Shown here piece after piece: positions 18,632-26,457 of a DNA stretch of 64,000 nt. Position numbers and translations under genes: made by a program. The notes beneath the pieces were generated by a model, which did not search any database, was not told the DNA's origin, and saw only the letters and a program-made list of their open reading frames with translations. Origin of the DNA: Eubacteriales bacterium (GTDB lineage Bacteria; Bacillota; Clostridia; Oscillospirales; CAG-272); NCBI GenBank assembly GCA_051867975.1, contig JBJDZM010000079.1, forward strand, positions 44,122 through 108,121, written 5' to 3'. How positions within the stretch are numbered: the first letter of the stretch is position 1; the number at the start of each line of letters is the position of its first letter.

Positions 18632-21226
18632 ATGAAAAAAACTCTATCCCTAATCCTCGCATTGACACTGATTTGCGGTGTTTTCTCGGCGTGTGCTGAA
18701 ATTCAAACACCGCAGGAAACCACAACACAAGAAAAAGTGACAAATGTCGAGGAAACGACGACCGTTGAAGAAACAACGACTGTAGAAGAAACAACGACTG
18801 TAGAAGAAACAACGACAGAAGAAGCGACTGAACCTGTCGGCTCGGTTGGGCTTGTTTATGAGGTAAATTCCGACGGAACGACCTGCACTATAACAGGCAT
18901 CGGCACTTGCACTGATACGGATTTGGTTATACCGAGCATGATTGACGGATATAGCGTGACGAGCATAGGCGGTTGGGCATTTAAAGATTGCGACAGCATT
19001 ACGAGCGTAACAATCCCTGACAGCGTGACGAGCATAGGCGAGCAGGCGTTCGACAGTTGCACGAGCCTTACAAGCATCACAATTCCCAACAGCGTGACGA
19101 GCATAGGCGGTTGGGCATTTGAAGATTGCGACAGCATTACGAGCATAACAATCCCCGATAGCGTGACGAGCATAGGTGGAAATGCATTCTCTGGTTGCAG
19201 TAGCCTTACGAGCATTTCTCTACCGTTTGTAGGAGCCGAGAAAGATGGTAGTTCAAATACTCGTTTTGGGTATATTGGATATTTTTTTGGAGCCGAAAGC
19301 TACCGTGAGAACAGTAGTTATGTTCCCTCAAGTCTTAAAACAGTAGTAATCACAGGCGGAGAGAGCATAGGCGAAGATGCGTTCTATAAATGCTCCGGCA
19401 TTGCGAGCGTAACAATTCCCGACAGCGTGACGAGCATAGGAGATTCTGCGTTCTATAATTGCTCAAGCCTTACGAGTATAACAATCCCCGACAGCGTGAC
19501 GAGCATAGGCATGTACGCGTTCTCTGGTTGCTCCGGTCTTACGAGCATAACTGTTGATTCTGAAAATACCGTTTATCATTCGGCAGGTAACTGTTTGATA
19601 GAAACAGAATCAAAAACGCTTCTTGCAGGATGCCAAAACAGTGTTATACCCGATGATGGCAGCGTGACGAGCATAGGCGAGATATCGTTCTTAGATTGTT
19701 CAAACCTAACCAGTATCACAATTCCCGACAGTGTAACGAGCATTGGCAATTTTGCGTTCTGCGGTTGCTCTGGTCTTACGAGTATAACTATACCATTTGT
19801 CGGAGCTGAGAAAAACGGCACTGAAAATACTCATTTCGGATATATTTTCGGTGCCTCAAGTTATGGTGAGAACAGCAGTCATGTTCCCTCAAGTCTAAAA
19901 ACTGTAACAATTACCGGTGGCACAATCATAGGCGAAGATTCGTTCTATCATTGTGATGGCCTTACGAGCATAACGATACAGGACAGCGTGACGAGCATAG
20001 GCAATAGTGCGTTTATATCGTGTTCCGGTCTTAAAAGCGTTTCAATCGGAAAAAGCGTGACAAGCATAGGCGATTGTGCGTTCTCATGGTGCGAAAGCCT
20101 TACGAGCGTAACAATTGGGGAGAATGTGACCAGCATAGGCGATTATGCGTTCAACGGTTGCTCCGGACTTACGAGCATAACGATCCCCGACAAAGTAACA
20201 AGTCTGGGCGATTATGCGTTCTGTTCATGCTCAAGCCTTGCGAGCATAACAATTGGCAACAGCGTAATGAACGTAGGCGACTCTTCATTCTTCTCTTGTG
20301 ATAAATTAGTAGAAGTTTACAATCTCTCGGCACTTAATATTACCAAAAAATCAGAAGATAATGGACATATCGGACTCAACGCGCTGGTTATCCATACCTC
20401 AGCAGATGAGCCAAGAAATGTATTTACGGACGAACACGGATACACTTTCTTTGAGAACGGCAATTTTTGTTATTTGCTCGGTTACACAGGATCCGATATA
20501 GAATTGACCTTGCCGGAAAATTGCAACGAAAAAAATTATTATGTTTACAAACGTGCGTTCTCTGGTTGCTCCGGACTTACGAGTATCACAATTCCCAACG
20601 GCGTGACGGGAATAGGCGATTATGCGTTCTCCGATTGCTACGGACTTACGAGCATAACAATTGGTAACGGCGTGACGAGCATAGGCGATTATGCGTTCTC
20701 ATGGTGCGAAAGCCTTACGAGCGTTACAATCGGTAACAGCGTGACGAGCATAGGCTGTGGGGCGTTCAATCGTTGCGAGAGCCTTACGAGCGTAACAATT
20801 GGGGAGAATGTGACCAGCATAGGTGATAGTGCGTTCTCTGGTTGCTCCGGACTTACGAGTGTTCACATTAAAGATATAGCAGCATGGTGCTCCTTATCGT
20901 TTGAAAGTCCTTCAGCAAATCCCTTATATTATGCACACAACTTGTACGTGAATGGTGAATTGGTAATAGACCTTGTTATTCCCGACGGCGTGACGAGCAT
21001 AGGCGAGATATCGTTCTTAGATTGTTCAAACCTAACCAGTATCACAATTCCCGATAGCGTGACGAGCATTGGCTATCATGCGTTCTATCGTTGCGATAGC
21101 CTTTCGGACATCACCTTTATAGGCACAATGGCACAATGGAAATATTCTATCAGCAAAGACGACAATTGGATCTACATTACCGGCGACTACACGATCCATT
21201 GCACCGACGGTTATATTAACAAATAA
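18632..21226 (+). CDS. Large BspA-type leucine-rich-repeat (LRR_5-like) surface lipoprotein
   Basis: ATG 18632 lies 7 nt after a GGAGGA RBS. The signal peptide MKKTLSLILALTLICGVFSAC carries a lipobox, followed by an EETTTV linker. About 22 modules of roughly 23 aa follow, of the form SVTSIGxxAFxxCxxLTSITIPD. Confidence 0.85.
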   Translation: MKKTLSLILALTLICGVFSACAEIQTPQETTTQEKVTNVEETTTVEETTTVEETTTVEETTTEEATEPVGSVGLVYEVNSDGTTCTITGIGTCTDTDLVIPSMIDGYSVTSIGGWAFKDCDSITSVTIPDSVTSIGEQAFDSCTSLTSITIPNSVTSIGGWAFEDCDSITSITIPDSVTSIGGNAFSGCSSLTSISLPFVGAEKDGSSNTRFGYIGYFFGAESYRENSSYVPSSLKTVVITGGESIGEDAFYKCSGIASVTIPDSVTSIGDSAFYNCSSLTSITIPDSVTSIGMYAFSGCSGLTSITVDSENTVYHSAGNCLIETESKTLLAGCQNSVIPDDGSVTSIGEISFLDCSNLTSITIPDSVTSIGNFAFCGCSGLTSITIPFVGAEKNGTENTHFGYIFGASSYGENSSHVPSSLKTVTITGGTIIGEDSFYHCDGLTSITIQDSVTSIGNSAFISCSGLKSVSIGKSVTSIGDCAFSWCESLTSVTIGENVTSIGDYAFNGCSGLTSITIPDKVTSLGDYAFCSCSSLASITIGNSVMNVGDSSFFSCDKLVEVYNLSALNITKKSEDNGHIGLNALVIHTSADEPRNVFTDEHGYTFFENGNFCYLLGYTGSDIELTLPENCNEKNYYVYKRAFSGCSGLTSITIPNGVTGIGDYAFSDCYGLTSITIGNGVTSIGDYAFSWCESLTSVTIGNSVTSIGCGAFNRCESLTSVTIGENVTSIGDSAFSGCSGLTSVHIKDIAAWCSLSFESPSANPLYYAHNLYVNGELVIDLVIPDGVTSIGEISFLDCSNLTSITIPDSVTSIGYHAFYRCDSLSDITFIGTMAQWKYSISKDDNWIYITGDYTIHCTDGYINK
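18749..18820 (+). repeat. In-frame 18-bp tandem repeat (about 4 copies) encoding the (E-E-T-T-T-V)n linker
   Basis: GAGGAAACGACGACCGTT / GAAGAAACAACGACTGTA x2 / GAAGAAACAACGACAGAA. Confidence 0.9.
19662..19728 (+). repeat. 67-bp perfect direct repeat, copy 1 (inside the LRR gene)
   Basis: Identical base for base to 20988-21054. Confidence 0.95.
20988..21054 (+). repeat. 67-bp perfect direct repeat, copy 2 (inside the LRR gene)
   Basis: Identical to 19662-19728. A further 44-bp perfect pair lies at 20096-20139 / 20780-20823. Confidence 0.95.
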
Positions 21227-21240
21227 GCATAAATGAAACC

Positions 21241-21285
21241 GGCAGAAATCAATGCGCGGCATTGATTTCTGCCAGAATTTTTAAT
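21241..21285 (+). terminator. Intrinsic terminator of the LRR gene
   Basis: 15-bp perfect stem GGCAGAAATCAATGC/GCATTGATTTCTGCC with loop GCG and a T-rich tail. Confidence 0.85.
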
Positions 21286-21386
21286 TTCTCGCTCACATTT
21301 TCACTTTTTGTTGTAGAAAAACCGATTATTGGCAATATAATAGTCTTACAGGGAATTTTTCCCTAAAACTATAACGGAGGCTGAAA

Positions 21387-21929
21387 ATGAGCAACAACAA
21401 GTATTCGGGAACCAAGACGGAACAGAATTTGAGAGACGCCTTTTCGGGCGAGAGCGAGGCGAGAAACAAGTACACATATTTTGCATCAACGGCGAAAAAG
21501 GAAGGCTACGAGCAGATAGCCGCGCTCTTCCTCAAGACCGCGGAAAACGAGAGAGAACACGCAAAAATGTGGTTCAAGGAGTTAGGCGGCATAGGCGACA
21601 CCGCGCAAAATCTCGCAAATGCGGCGGCTGGGGAGCACTTTGAGTGGACAGACATGTACGAAAACTTTGCAAAAGATGCCGAGGACGAAGGCTTTTACGA
21701 GCTTGCGGCTAAATTCCGTCTCGTTGCGGCAGTAGAAAAGCACCACGAAGAAAGATACCGCGCGCTTCTCAAAAACGTCGAGACCGCCGAGGTCTTCAAA
21801 AAGAGTTCGGTCAAGGTATGGGAGTGCCGTAACTGCGGTCATATTATGGTCGGCACCGAAGCCCCCGAGATATGCCCCACCTGCGCCCATCCCCAAAGCT
21901 ACTTCGAGATCCACGCGGAGAATTATTGA
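21387..21929 (+). CDS. rbr: Rubrerythrin
   Basis: Diiron four-helix region (E..A...Y, EREHA) followed by a C-terminal rubredoxin domain, CRNCGH...CPTCAHP. Confidence 0.93.
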   Translation: MSNNKYSGTKTEQNLRDAFSGESEARNKYTYFASTAKKEGYEQIAALFLKTAENEREHAKMWFKELGGIGDTAQNLANAAAGEHFEWTDMYENFAKDAEDEGFYELAAKFRLVAAVEKHHEERYRALLKNVETAEVFKKSSVKVWECRNCGHIMVGTEAPEICPTCAHPQSYFEIHAENY

Positions 21930-21943
21930 TTTTAAAAGAGCTT

Positions 21944-22104
21944 GCGGGGGAGAAAACTTTTTTCAGGAAAGACATGCATCGTGAGATTGAACTTAGTCAA
22001 AATCAATTTGATGCAAACTGCTCCTCGCAAGCGAGGAGTCCGAGTCACGTCCAAATCTAATGCCTTCCCCCGCACCCCCTCTTTCAAAAACCTTCAAAAA
22101 GGGG
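21944..22104. repeat. Structured intergenic repeat element, expanded copy
   Basis: GCGGGGGAG...CTTCCCCCGC arms enclose about 110 nt, including the perfect hairpin CTCCTCGC-AA-GCGAGGAG. The related tail CCCCCTCTTTCAAAAACCTTCAAAAAGGGG follows. Confidence 0.45.
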
Positions 22105-22109
22105 TAAAT

Positions 22110-22149
22110 TAAGACGGCTATCTCACTGTGTGGGTGAGGAGCCGTCTTA
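22110..22149 (-). terminator. Hairpin 3' of the 235-aa minus-strand gene
   Basis: TAAGACGGCT...AGCCGTCTTA with inner TCTCAC/GTGAGG. The U-run is weak. Confidence 0.45.
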
Positions 22150-22152
22150 AAG

Positions 22153-22860
22153 CTATATGAAAAATATCGTGCCTACGTCATGTAATTTTTCGTTTGAAAG
22201 GCATGTGACCTCTGCGCCGTTTTGGGTGCAGAATTTTTTTATTTTTTCTCCGTCGGGGTGCAGGTCAAGCGAGCCGTTGAAATAGACATTTTTGCCGCAC
22301 ATACCGCTCGCACCGCCGATAAATCCGTATTTATATGGCGGCAGAGAGACATTTCCCTCGGTTATGTGCAGAACCTCGATATTCCGGAGTTTGCACGCCT
22401 CGGCGATTCCGTTATCCGCCGTAATAATTGCATTTTCGCCCACGGGACACACCGAACATTTCGTATATCCTTGCGAAACGCTTATAATTTCATAATTTTC
22501 CGCTTTTGCGGCGTCCAAAATTGATTTTGAAACGGTTTTTTCATTACAAATCAGCCGTTTCCCGACAAGACACGCATTGAACAGCATGTCGTGAGGGTAT
22601 TTTTCGTATGTTTCCTCGTCCGAGAGCGAGAGGGCAAGATTTGCGGCAGAGAGAATGTCGTCGATAAGCGCTTTATTGCATTTATAGTATTTTTCATGAC
22701 AAAAAAGCCTTCCGAAGCCGATAAACACAAGCATATCGGCGTGAGAGGCTACGGGCTTTGAAAGATAGTCCGCAGGCGGCATCAAAATCGGGGTAAAGCC
22801 GCGGCGACCGAGCGCGGACAGGGAAGATTCACTTATGCGGCAGTCAACAATAGCGTACAT
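22153..22860 (-). CDS. Uncharacterised conserved protein (235 aa)
   Basis: Long ORF with ordinary codon usage and no motif I can assign with confidence. Segments ASHADMLVF and GFIGGASGMCG faintly recall the pentein/amidinotransferase fold. Confidence 0.5.
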   Translation of the reverse strand: MYAIVDCRISESSLSALGRRGFTPILMPPADYLSKPVASHADMLVFIGFGRLFCHEKYYKCNKALIDDILSAANLALSLSDEETYEKYPHDMLFNACLVGKRLICNEKTVSKSILDAAKAENYEIISVSQGYTKCSVCPVGENAIITADNGIAEACKLRNIEVLHITEGNVSLPPYKYGFIGGASGMCGKNVYFNGSLDLHPDGEKIKKFCTQNGAEVTCLSNEKLHDVGTIFFI

Positions 22861-22867
22861 AAAACCC

Positions 22868-22903
22868 TCAAAAATTTACAGGGTGCATCAAACAATGCAC
22901 CCT
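22868..22903 (-). terminator. Intrinsic terminator of rpmB
   Basis: Minus strand: AGGGTGCAT/ATGCACCCT stem followed by GTAAATTTTT. Confidence 0.75.
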
Positions 22904-22939
22904 TGTGTGTAAATTATGAACTTTTAACAGCACTAAAAT

Positions 22940-23125
22940 TCAAGCGCGGTTAACCTTGCCCGAACGAAGGCAACGGGAGCAAACAGCAACGGTCTTAGGT
23001 GTACCGTCAACAACTGCTTTTACCTTACGGATGTTAGGCTTCCAAGTTCTGTTTGTCTTACGGTTAGAGTGAGAAACATTCTGTCCGAAAACAACGCCTT
23101 TTCCACAAACACTGCACTTTGCCAT
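22940..23125 (-). CDS. rpmB: 50S ribosomal protein L28
   Basis: MAKCSVCGKG...GQNVSHSNRKTNRTWKPN. 61 aa with a GGAGG RBS. Confidence 0.97.
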   Translation of the reverse strand: MAKCSVCGKGVVFGQNVSHSNRKTNRTWKPNIRKVKAVVDGTPKTVAVCSRCLRSGKVNRA

Positions 23126-23193
23126 GATAATTTACCTCCTTGCAAACACTTGCATCTATAATTCTGATTTTTTATACATTATGCAACTCGCAT

Positions 23194-23222
23194 ATTATAG
23201 CATACTTTTTCGAAAATTGCAA
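23194..23222 (-). promoter_or_regulatory. sigma-A-type promoter of rpmB
   Basis: Minus strand: TTGCAA, 17 nt, TGcTATAAT. Confidence 0.65.
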
Positions 23223-23307
23223 TAGTTTTTTGAAAAAATTTAAAATTTTTTGTTCCGGATTGAAAAAATACGCCTGACAGACCACAATATTCTTTTGATT
23301 TTTAGGG

Positions 23308-24618
23308 TTATATGAGTTCACCTATGCAAACGTTCCCGTCATGAGACACGGGTAAAACACACGCAAGAACGCCGTGCATGCCATGCTCGCTTTTAACTTT
23401 AACCTCAACAAAATCCGAGGTATGACCGCTTATATATTCACCGTCAAAGCTCTCAAACAAGACCTCGATCGGGCGGTGTTCCGACACTATCCCATCGAGT
23501 ATCTCGGAGCGCACCTCGCGGCATATCTCGGTGAGCGTGTGTACTCTTTGCTTTTTTACTTCTTCGGGGATTTGCTCCTTCATTGCAGCGGCAGGAGTTC
23601 CTTTGCGCTTTGAGTAGGGGAAGGCATGAACCATTAAAAAACCGGCTTTGCGCAAAAAGTCACAGCTTGCCCCAAAATCCTCGTCGCTCTCACCGGGGAA
23701 GCCGGTTATGATGTCTGTCGTGAATTTGACGTTCGGTATTGCCGCCCTCAGCCGTTCTATGCTTTGCATTGCCTGTTTTGAATTGTACTTTCGTTTCATC
23801 AGGGCAAGGATACGGTCACTTCCGCTCTGGAGGGACAGGTGAAAATGCGGCGCGAGCGATTTCAAATCTTTTATTTTTTCAACGAACTCGGGCTTTATCA
23901 CAGAAGGGTCAAGCGAGCCGAGCCGCACTCTGCCTATTCCGCCGAGCTTATCGACGGCGCAGAGCAGAGAAGCAAGGTCCTCGCCGTCTCCGAGGTCGTC
24001 ACCGTATGAGCCTGTTTCAATTCCCGTCAAAACCACCTCGGCGCATCCGCCCGCGATAAGCTCCTTTACCTCGTCGATAACATCATTGAACGGCTTTGAA
24101 CGTATCCTTCCGCGCGCCATGGGGATAGTGCAGTAGGTGCATTTTGACTCGCATCCGTCCTCAATTTTGACGTACGCTCTCGTCCTGTCGAATTTTTTTA
24201 TCGACATGCACTCAAATTCAGCATCATCAAGGTTGGGAACACAGATCTCCGCAACGTCATTTTTTCCTTTTTCCATGAGGTACGGCAGTTTGTCTATAAC
24301 GCTCATTTTGTTCGAGGTGCCGCATACGTAGTCAACGCCGTCAATTTCCGCAATCGCACTCGGCGAGACCTGCGAGTAACAGCCTGTAACGAGAATGAGC
24401 GCATTGGGGTTGTGAGACATCATCCGTCTTATCATTTGTCTGGCTTTTCTGTCCGATTCGGCGGTGACCGTACAGGTATTTATTATGTATGCGTCGCACG
24501 GTTGAGAGCTTTTGGCTATCTCAAACCCACGCAACTCAAGTGCCTCGGCAATCGCCTCGGACTCATACTGATTTACCTTGCAACCGAGCGTGGTAATTCC
24601 CACGGTAAATTTGTTCAT
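23308..24618 (-). CDS. mtaB: tRNA ms2t6A37 methylthiotransferase MtaB (radical SAM MTTase)
   Basis: UPF0004 N-domain (TLGCKVNQYES), radical-SAM CESKCTYCTIP and a C-terminal TRAM domain. MiaB-specific features are absent, and a separate miaB lies at 46.5 kb. Confidence 0.85.
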   Translation of the reverse strand: MNKFTVGITTLGCKVNQYESEAIAEALELRGFEIAKSSQPCDAYIINTCTVTAESDRKARQMIRRMMSHNPNALILVTGCYSQVSPSAIAEIDGVDYVCGTSNKMSVIDKLPYLMEKGKNDVAEICVPNLDDAEFECMSIKKFDRTRAYVKIEDGCESKCTYCTIPMARGRIRSKPFNDVIDEVKELIAGGCAEVVLTGIETGSYGDDLGDGEDLASLLCAVDKLGGIGRVRLGSLDPSVIKPEFVEKIKDLKSLAPHFHLSLQSGSDRILALMKRKYNSKQAMQSIERLRAAIPNVKFTTDIITGFPGESDEDFGASCDFLRKAGFLMVHAFPYSKRKGTPAAAMKEQIPEEVKKQRVHTLTEICREVRSEILDGIVSEHRPIEVLFESFDGEYISGHTSDFVEVKVKSEHGMHGVLACVLPVSHDGNVCIGELI

Positions 24619-24652
24619 TGTGCGGTCTCCTTCCGGGAATATTTACCCGACT

Positions 24653-24681
24653 ATTTTATCACAAAAAGCGGAAAATGTAAA
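24653..24681 (-). promoter_or_regulatory. sigma-A-type promoter of mtaB
   Basis: Minus strand: TTTACA, 17 nt, TGaTAAAAT. Confidence 0.55.
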
Positions 24682-24718
24682 GAGGAAAATAAATATAAAT
24701 CGTATTTGTAAAAAAGAC

Positions 24719-24747
24719 TTGAAAAAATGCGAAAAAGGGAGTATAAT
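24719..24747 (+). promoter_or_regulatory. sigma-A-type promoter of upp
   Basis: TTGAAA, 17 nt, TATAAT. Confidence 0.65.
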
Positions 24748-24789
24748 TATAATATCAGAATATGCGCAATTGAAAGGATAATAAAAAAT

Positions 24790-25419
24790 ATGAGTCAGCT
24801 TCACATCGTAGATCATCCGCTTATTGCACACAAGCTCTCAATAATGAGAAACAAAAAGACAGGCTCCAAGGATTTCCGCGAGCTTTTAAATGAGATCGCA
24901 ATGCTCATGGGTTACGAGCTTACGCGCGACCTACCTCTTGAGGAGATAACGATAGATACTCCTCTTCAGAGGACGAAAGCATACACTATTTCGGGTAAGA
25001 AACTCGCCATCGTTCCGATACTCCGTGCAGGCATCGGAATGGTAGACGGTCTGCTTGACCTGGTTCCCGTTGCCAAGGTGGGACATATCGGTCTTTACCG
25101 CGACCCCGAAACGCATCTGCCGGTAACGTATTATTGCAAGCTGCCTGCCGACATTGACCAAAGAATAGTAATTCTCGTTGACCCCATGCTCGCCACGGGC
25201 GGCTCGGCAAGCGATGCTTTGACCAAGCTCAAGGAGCATGGATGCAAGCAGATAAAGTTTATGTGTCTTGTTGCCGCACCCGAAGGCGTTGCAAAGGTTC
25301 AGGCTGACCACCCGGATGTGGAGATATATACCGCGGCACTTGACGAAAAGCTCAACGAACACGCATATATCGTTCCCGGACTCGGAGACGCAGGCGACCG
25401 TATTTTCGGCACGATTTAA
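24790..25419 (+). CDS. upp: Uracil phosphoribosyltransferase
   Basis: Begins [16 protein letters not shown]. Contains the PRPP loop [13 protein letters not shown] and C-terminal [19 protein letters not shown] 24790 has a GAAAGGA RBS. Confidence 0.95.
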   Translation: MSQLHIVDHPLIAHKLSIMRNKKTGSKDFRELLNEIAMLMGYELTRDLPLEEITIDTPLQRTKAYTISGKKLAIVPILRAGIGMVDGLLDLVPVAKVGHIGLYRDPETHLPVTYYCKLPADIDQRIVILVDPMLATGGSASDALTKLKEHGCKQIKFMCLVAAPEGVAKVQADHPDVEIYTAALDEKLNEHAYIVPGLGDAGDRIFGTI

Positions 25420-25437
25420 GACAATAGGACAGAAAAA

Positions 25438-26439
25438 GTGCAAATATTAACTATAAAGAAGAACGATGCAGGGCAGAGACTTGACAAATTCCTTTCAAAG
25501 GCGGTTAAAGGTCTGCCCATGTCTCTTATGTATAAGTACATAAGAACAAAGAAAATAAAAGTCAACCGCAAGCGTTGCGAGCAGAAATATATCCTTAAGG
25601 AGGGCGACGAGATCCAACTCTTTATAAGAGATGAATTTTTTGATTCGCCCGAGAAGGACAACGGCGCGCTCTCGCGCATCTCTCCGAAGCTTGAAATAGT
25701 CTACGAGGACGAGAACATTATTCTGTGCAACAAACGCCCCGGCGTGCTTGTACACGAGGATGACAGCGCGGAGGACAACACGCTCATCATGCACATCAAG
25801 GCATATCTTTATCAAAAAGGGGAATATGACCCCGAGGACGAGCAGTCTTTTGCTCCCGCGCTCTGCAACAGAATAGACCGGAATACCGGCGGTATCGTCA
25901 TCGGCGCAAAAAACGCGGAGGCTTTACGTATCATGAACGAAAAGATAAAAAATGACGAGATACGCAAGTTTTATCTCTGCGCAGTGCATGGAAGGATGCC
26001 GAAGCGAAGCGATACGTTGACCGCATATCTAAAAAAGAACAGTGCGACCAACCTTGTCACGATATCAGACAAGGAAAAAGACGGTTACAAGAATATAATC
26101 ACAAAATACAGCGTTATTTCGGAGAATAGTGACTCATCGTTGCTTGAAATTGAGCTTGTCACGGGCAGAACGCATCAGATAAGAGCGCATATGGCGCATA
26201 TCGGACATTCGTTGCTCGGCGACGGAAAGTACGGCGTAAACCGTGACGATAGGGCAGACGGTTACAAATATCAGGCGTTGTACTCGTACAGGCTGATATT
26301 CAACTTCAATAATGACGAAGGCGCACTCGGATATCTTTCGGGAAAACAGTTGGCGCTTGAGCCCGAAAGTATCTGGTTTTTGGATAATTACCCGGGGGCT
26401 TGCAACAAGGTCGACAAAATAATTGCGTCAAACAAGTAA
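25438..26439 (+). CDS. RluD/RluC-type 23S rRNA pseudouridine synthase with S4 domain
   Basis: S4-like N-terminus (QRLDKFLSKAV), a catalytic NRIDRNTGG variant of the HRLD motif, and GRTHQIRAH. GTG start. Confidence 0.85.
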   Translation: MQILTIKKNDAGQRLDKFLSKAVKGLPMSLMYKYIRTKKIKVNRKRCEQKYILKEGDEIQLFIRDEFFDSPEKDNGALSRISPKLEIVYEDENIILCNKRPGVLVHEDDSAEDNTLIMHIKAYLYQKGEYDPEDEQSFAPALCNRIDRNTGGIVIGAKNAEALRIMNEKIKNDEIRKFYLCAVHGRMPKRSDTLTAYLKKNSATNLVTISDKEKDGYKNIITKYSVISENSDSSLLEIELVTGRTHQIRAHMAHIGHSLLGDGKYGVNRDDRADGYKYQALYSYRLIFNFNNDEGALGYLSGKQLALEPESIWFLDNYPGACNKVDKIIASNK

Positions 26440-26457
26440 ACGGAAGGGAGGAGAGAT

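Larger units (their letters stand above)
18920..21100 (+). repeat. Array of about 22 degenerate ~69-bp LRR coding modules
   Basis: The core AGCGTGACGAGCATAGGCG recurs. All units are in frame within the LRR ORF. Confidence 0.85.

Noticed and set aside
18466-18699. A 77-aa ORF and the upstream in-frame starts (18584, 18617, 18626) of the LRR gene.
   Set aside because: These would place a terminator hairpin inside coding sequence. ATG 18632 has the GGAGGA RBS at ideal spacing and yields a canonical lipoprotein signal peptide.
18920-21100. A regularly spaced repeat array that could superficially resemble a CRISPR array.
   Set aside because: The repeats are degenerate and in frame, and they encode LRR modules of one continuous ORF. 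There are no unique spacers, no leader and no cas genes.
21311-21341. A PerR/Fur-like operator over the rbr -10 region (ATTAT-N7-ATAAT).
   Set aside because: It is only a 5-bp imperfect inverted repeat in AT-rich sequence, and the -35 element is also poor. That is not enough to call a binding site.
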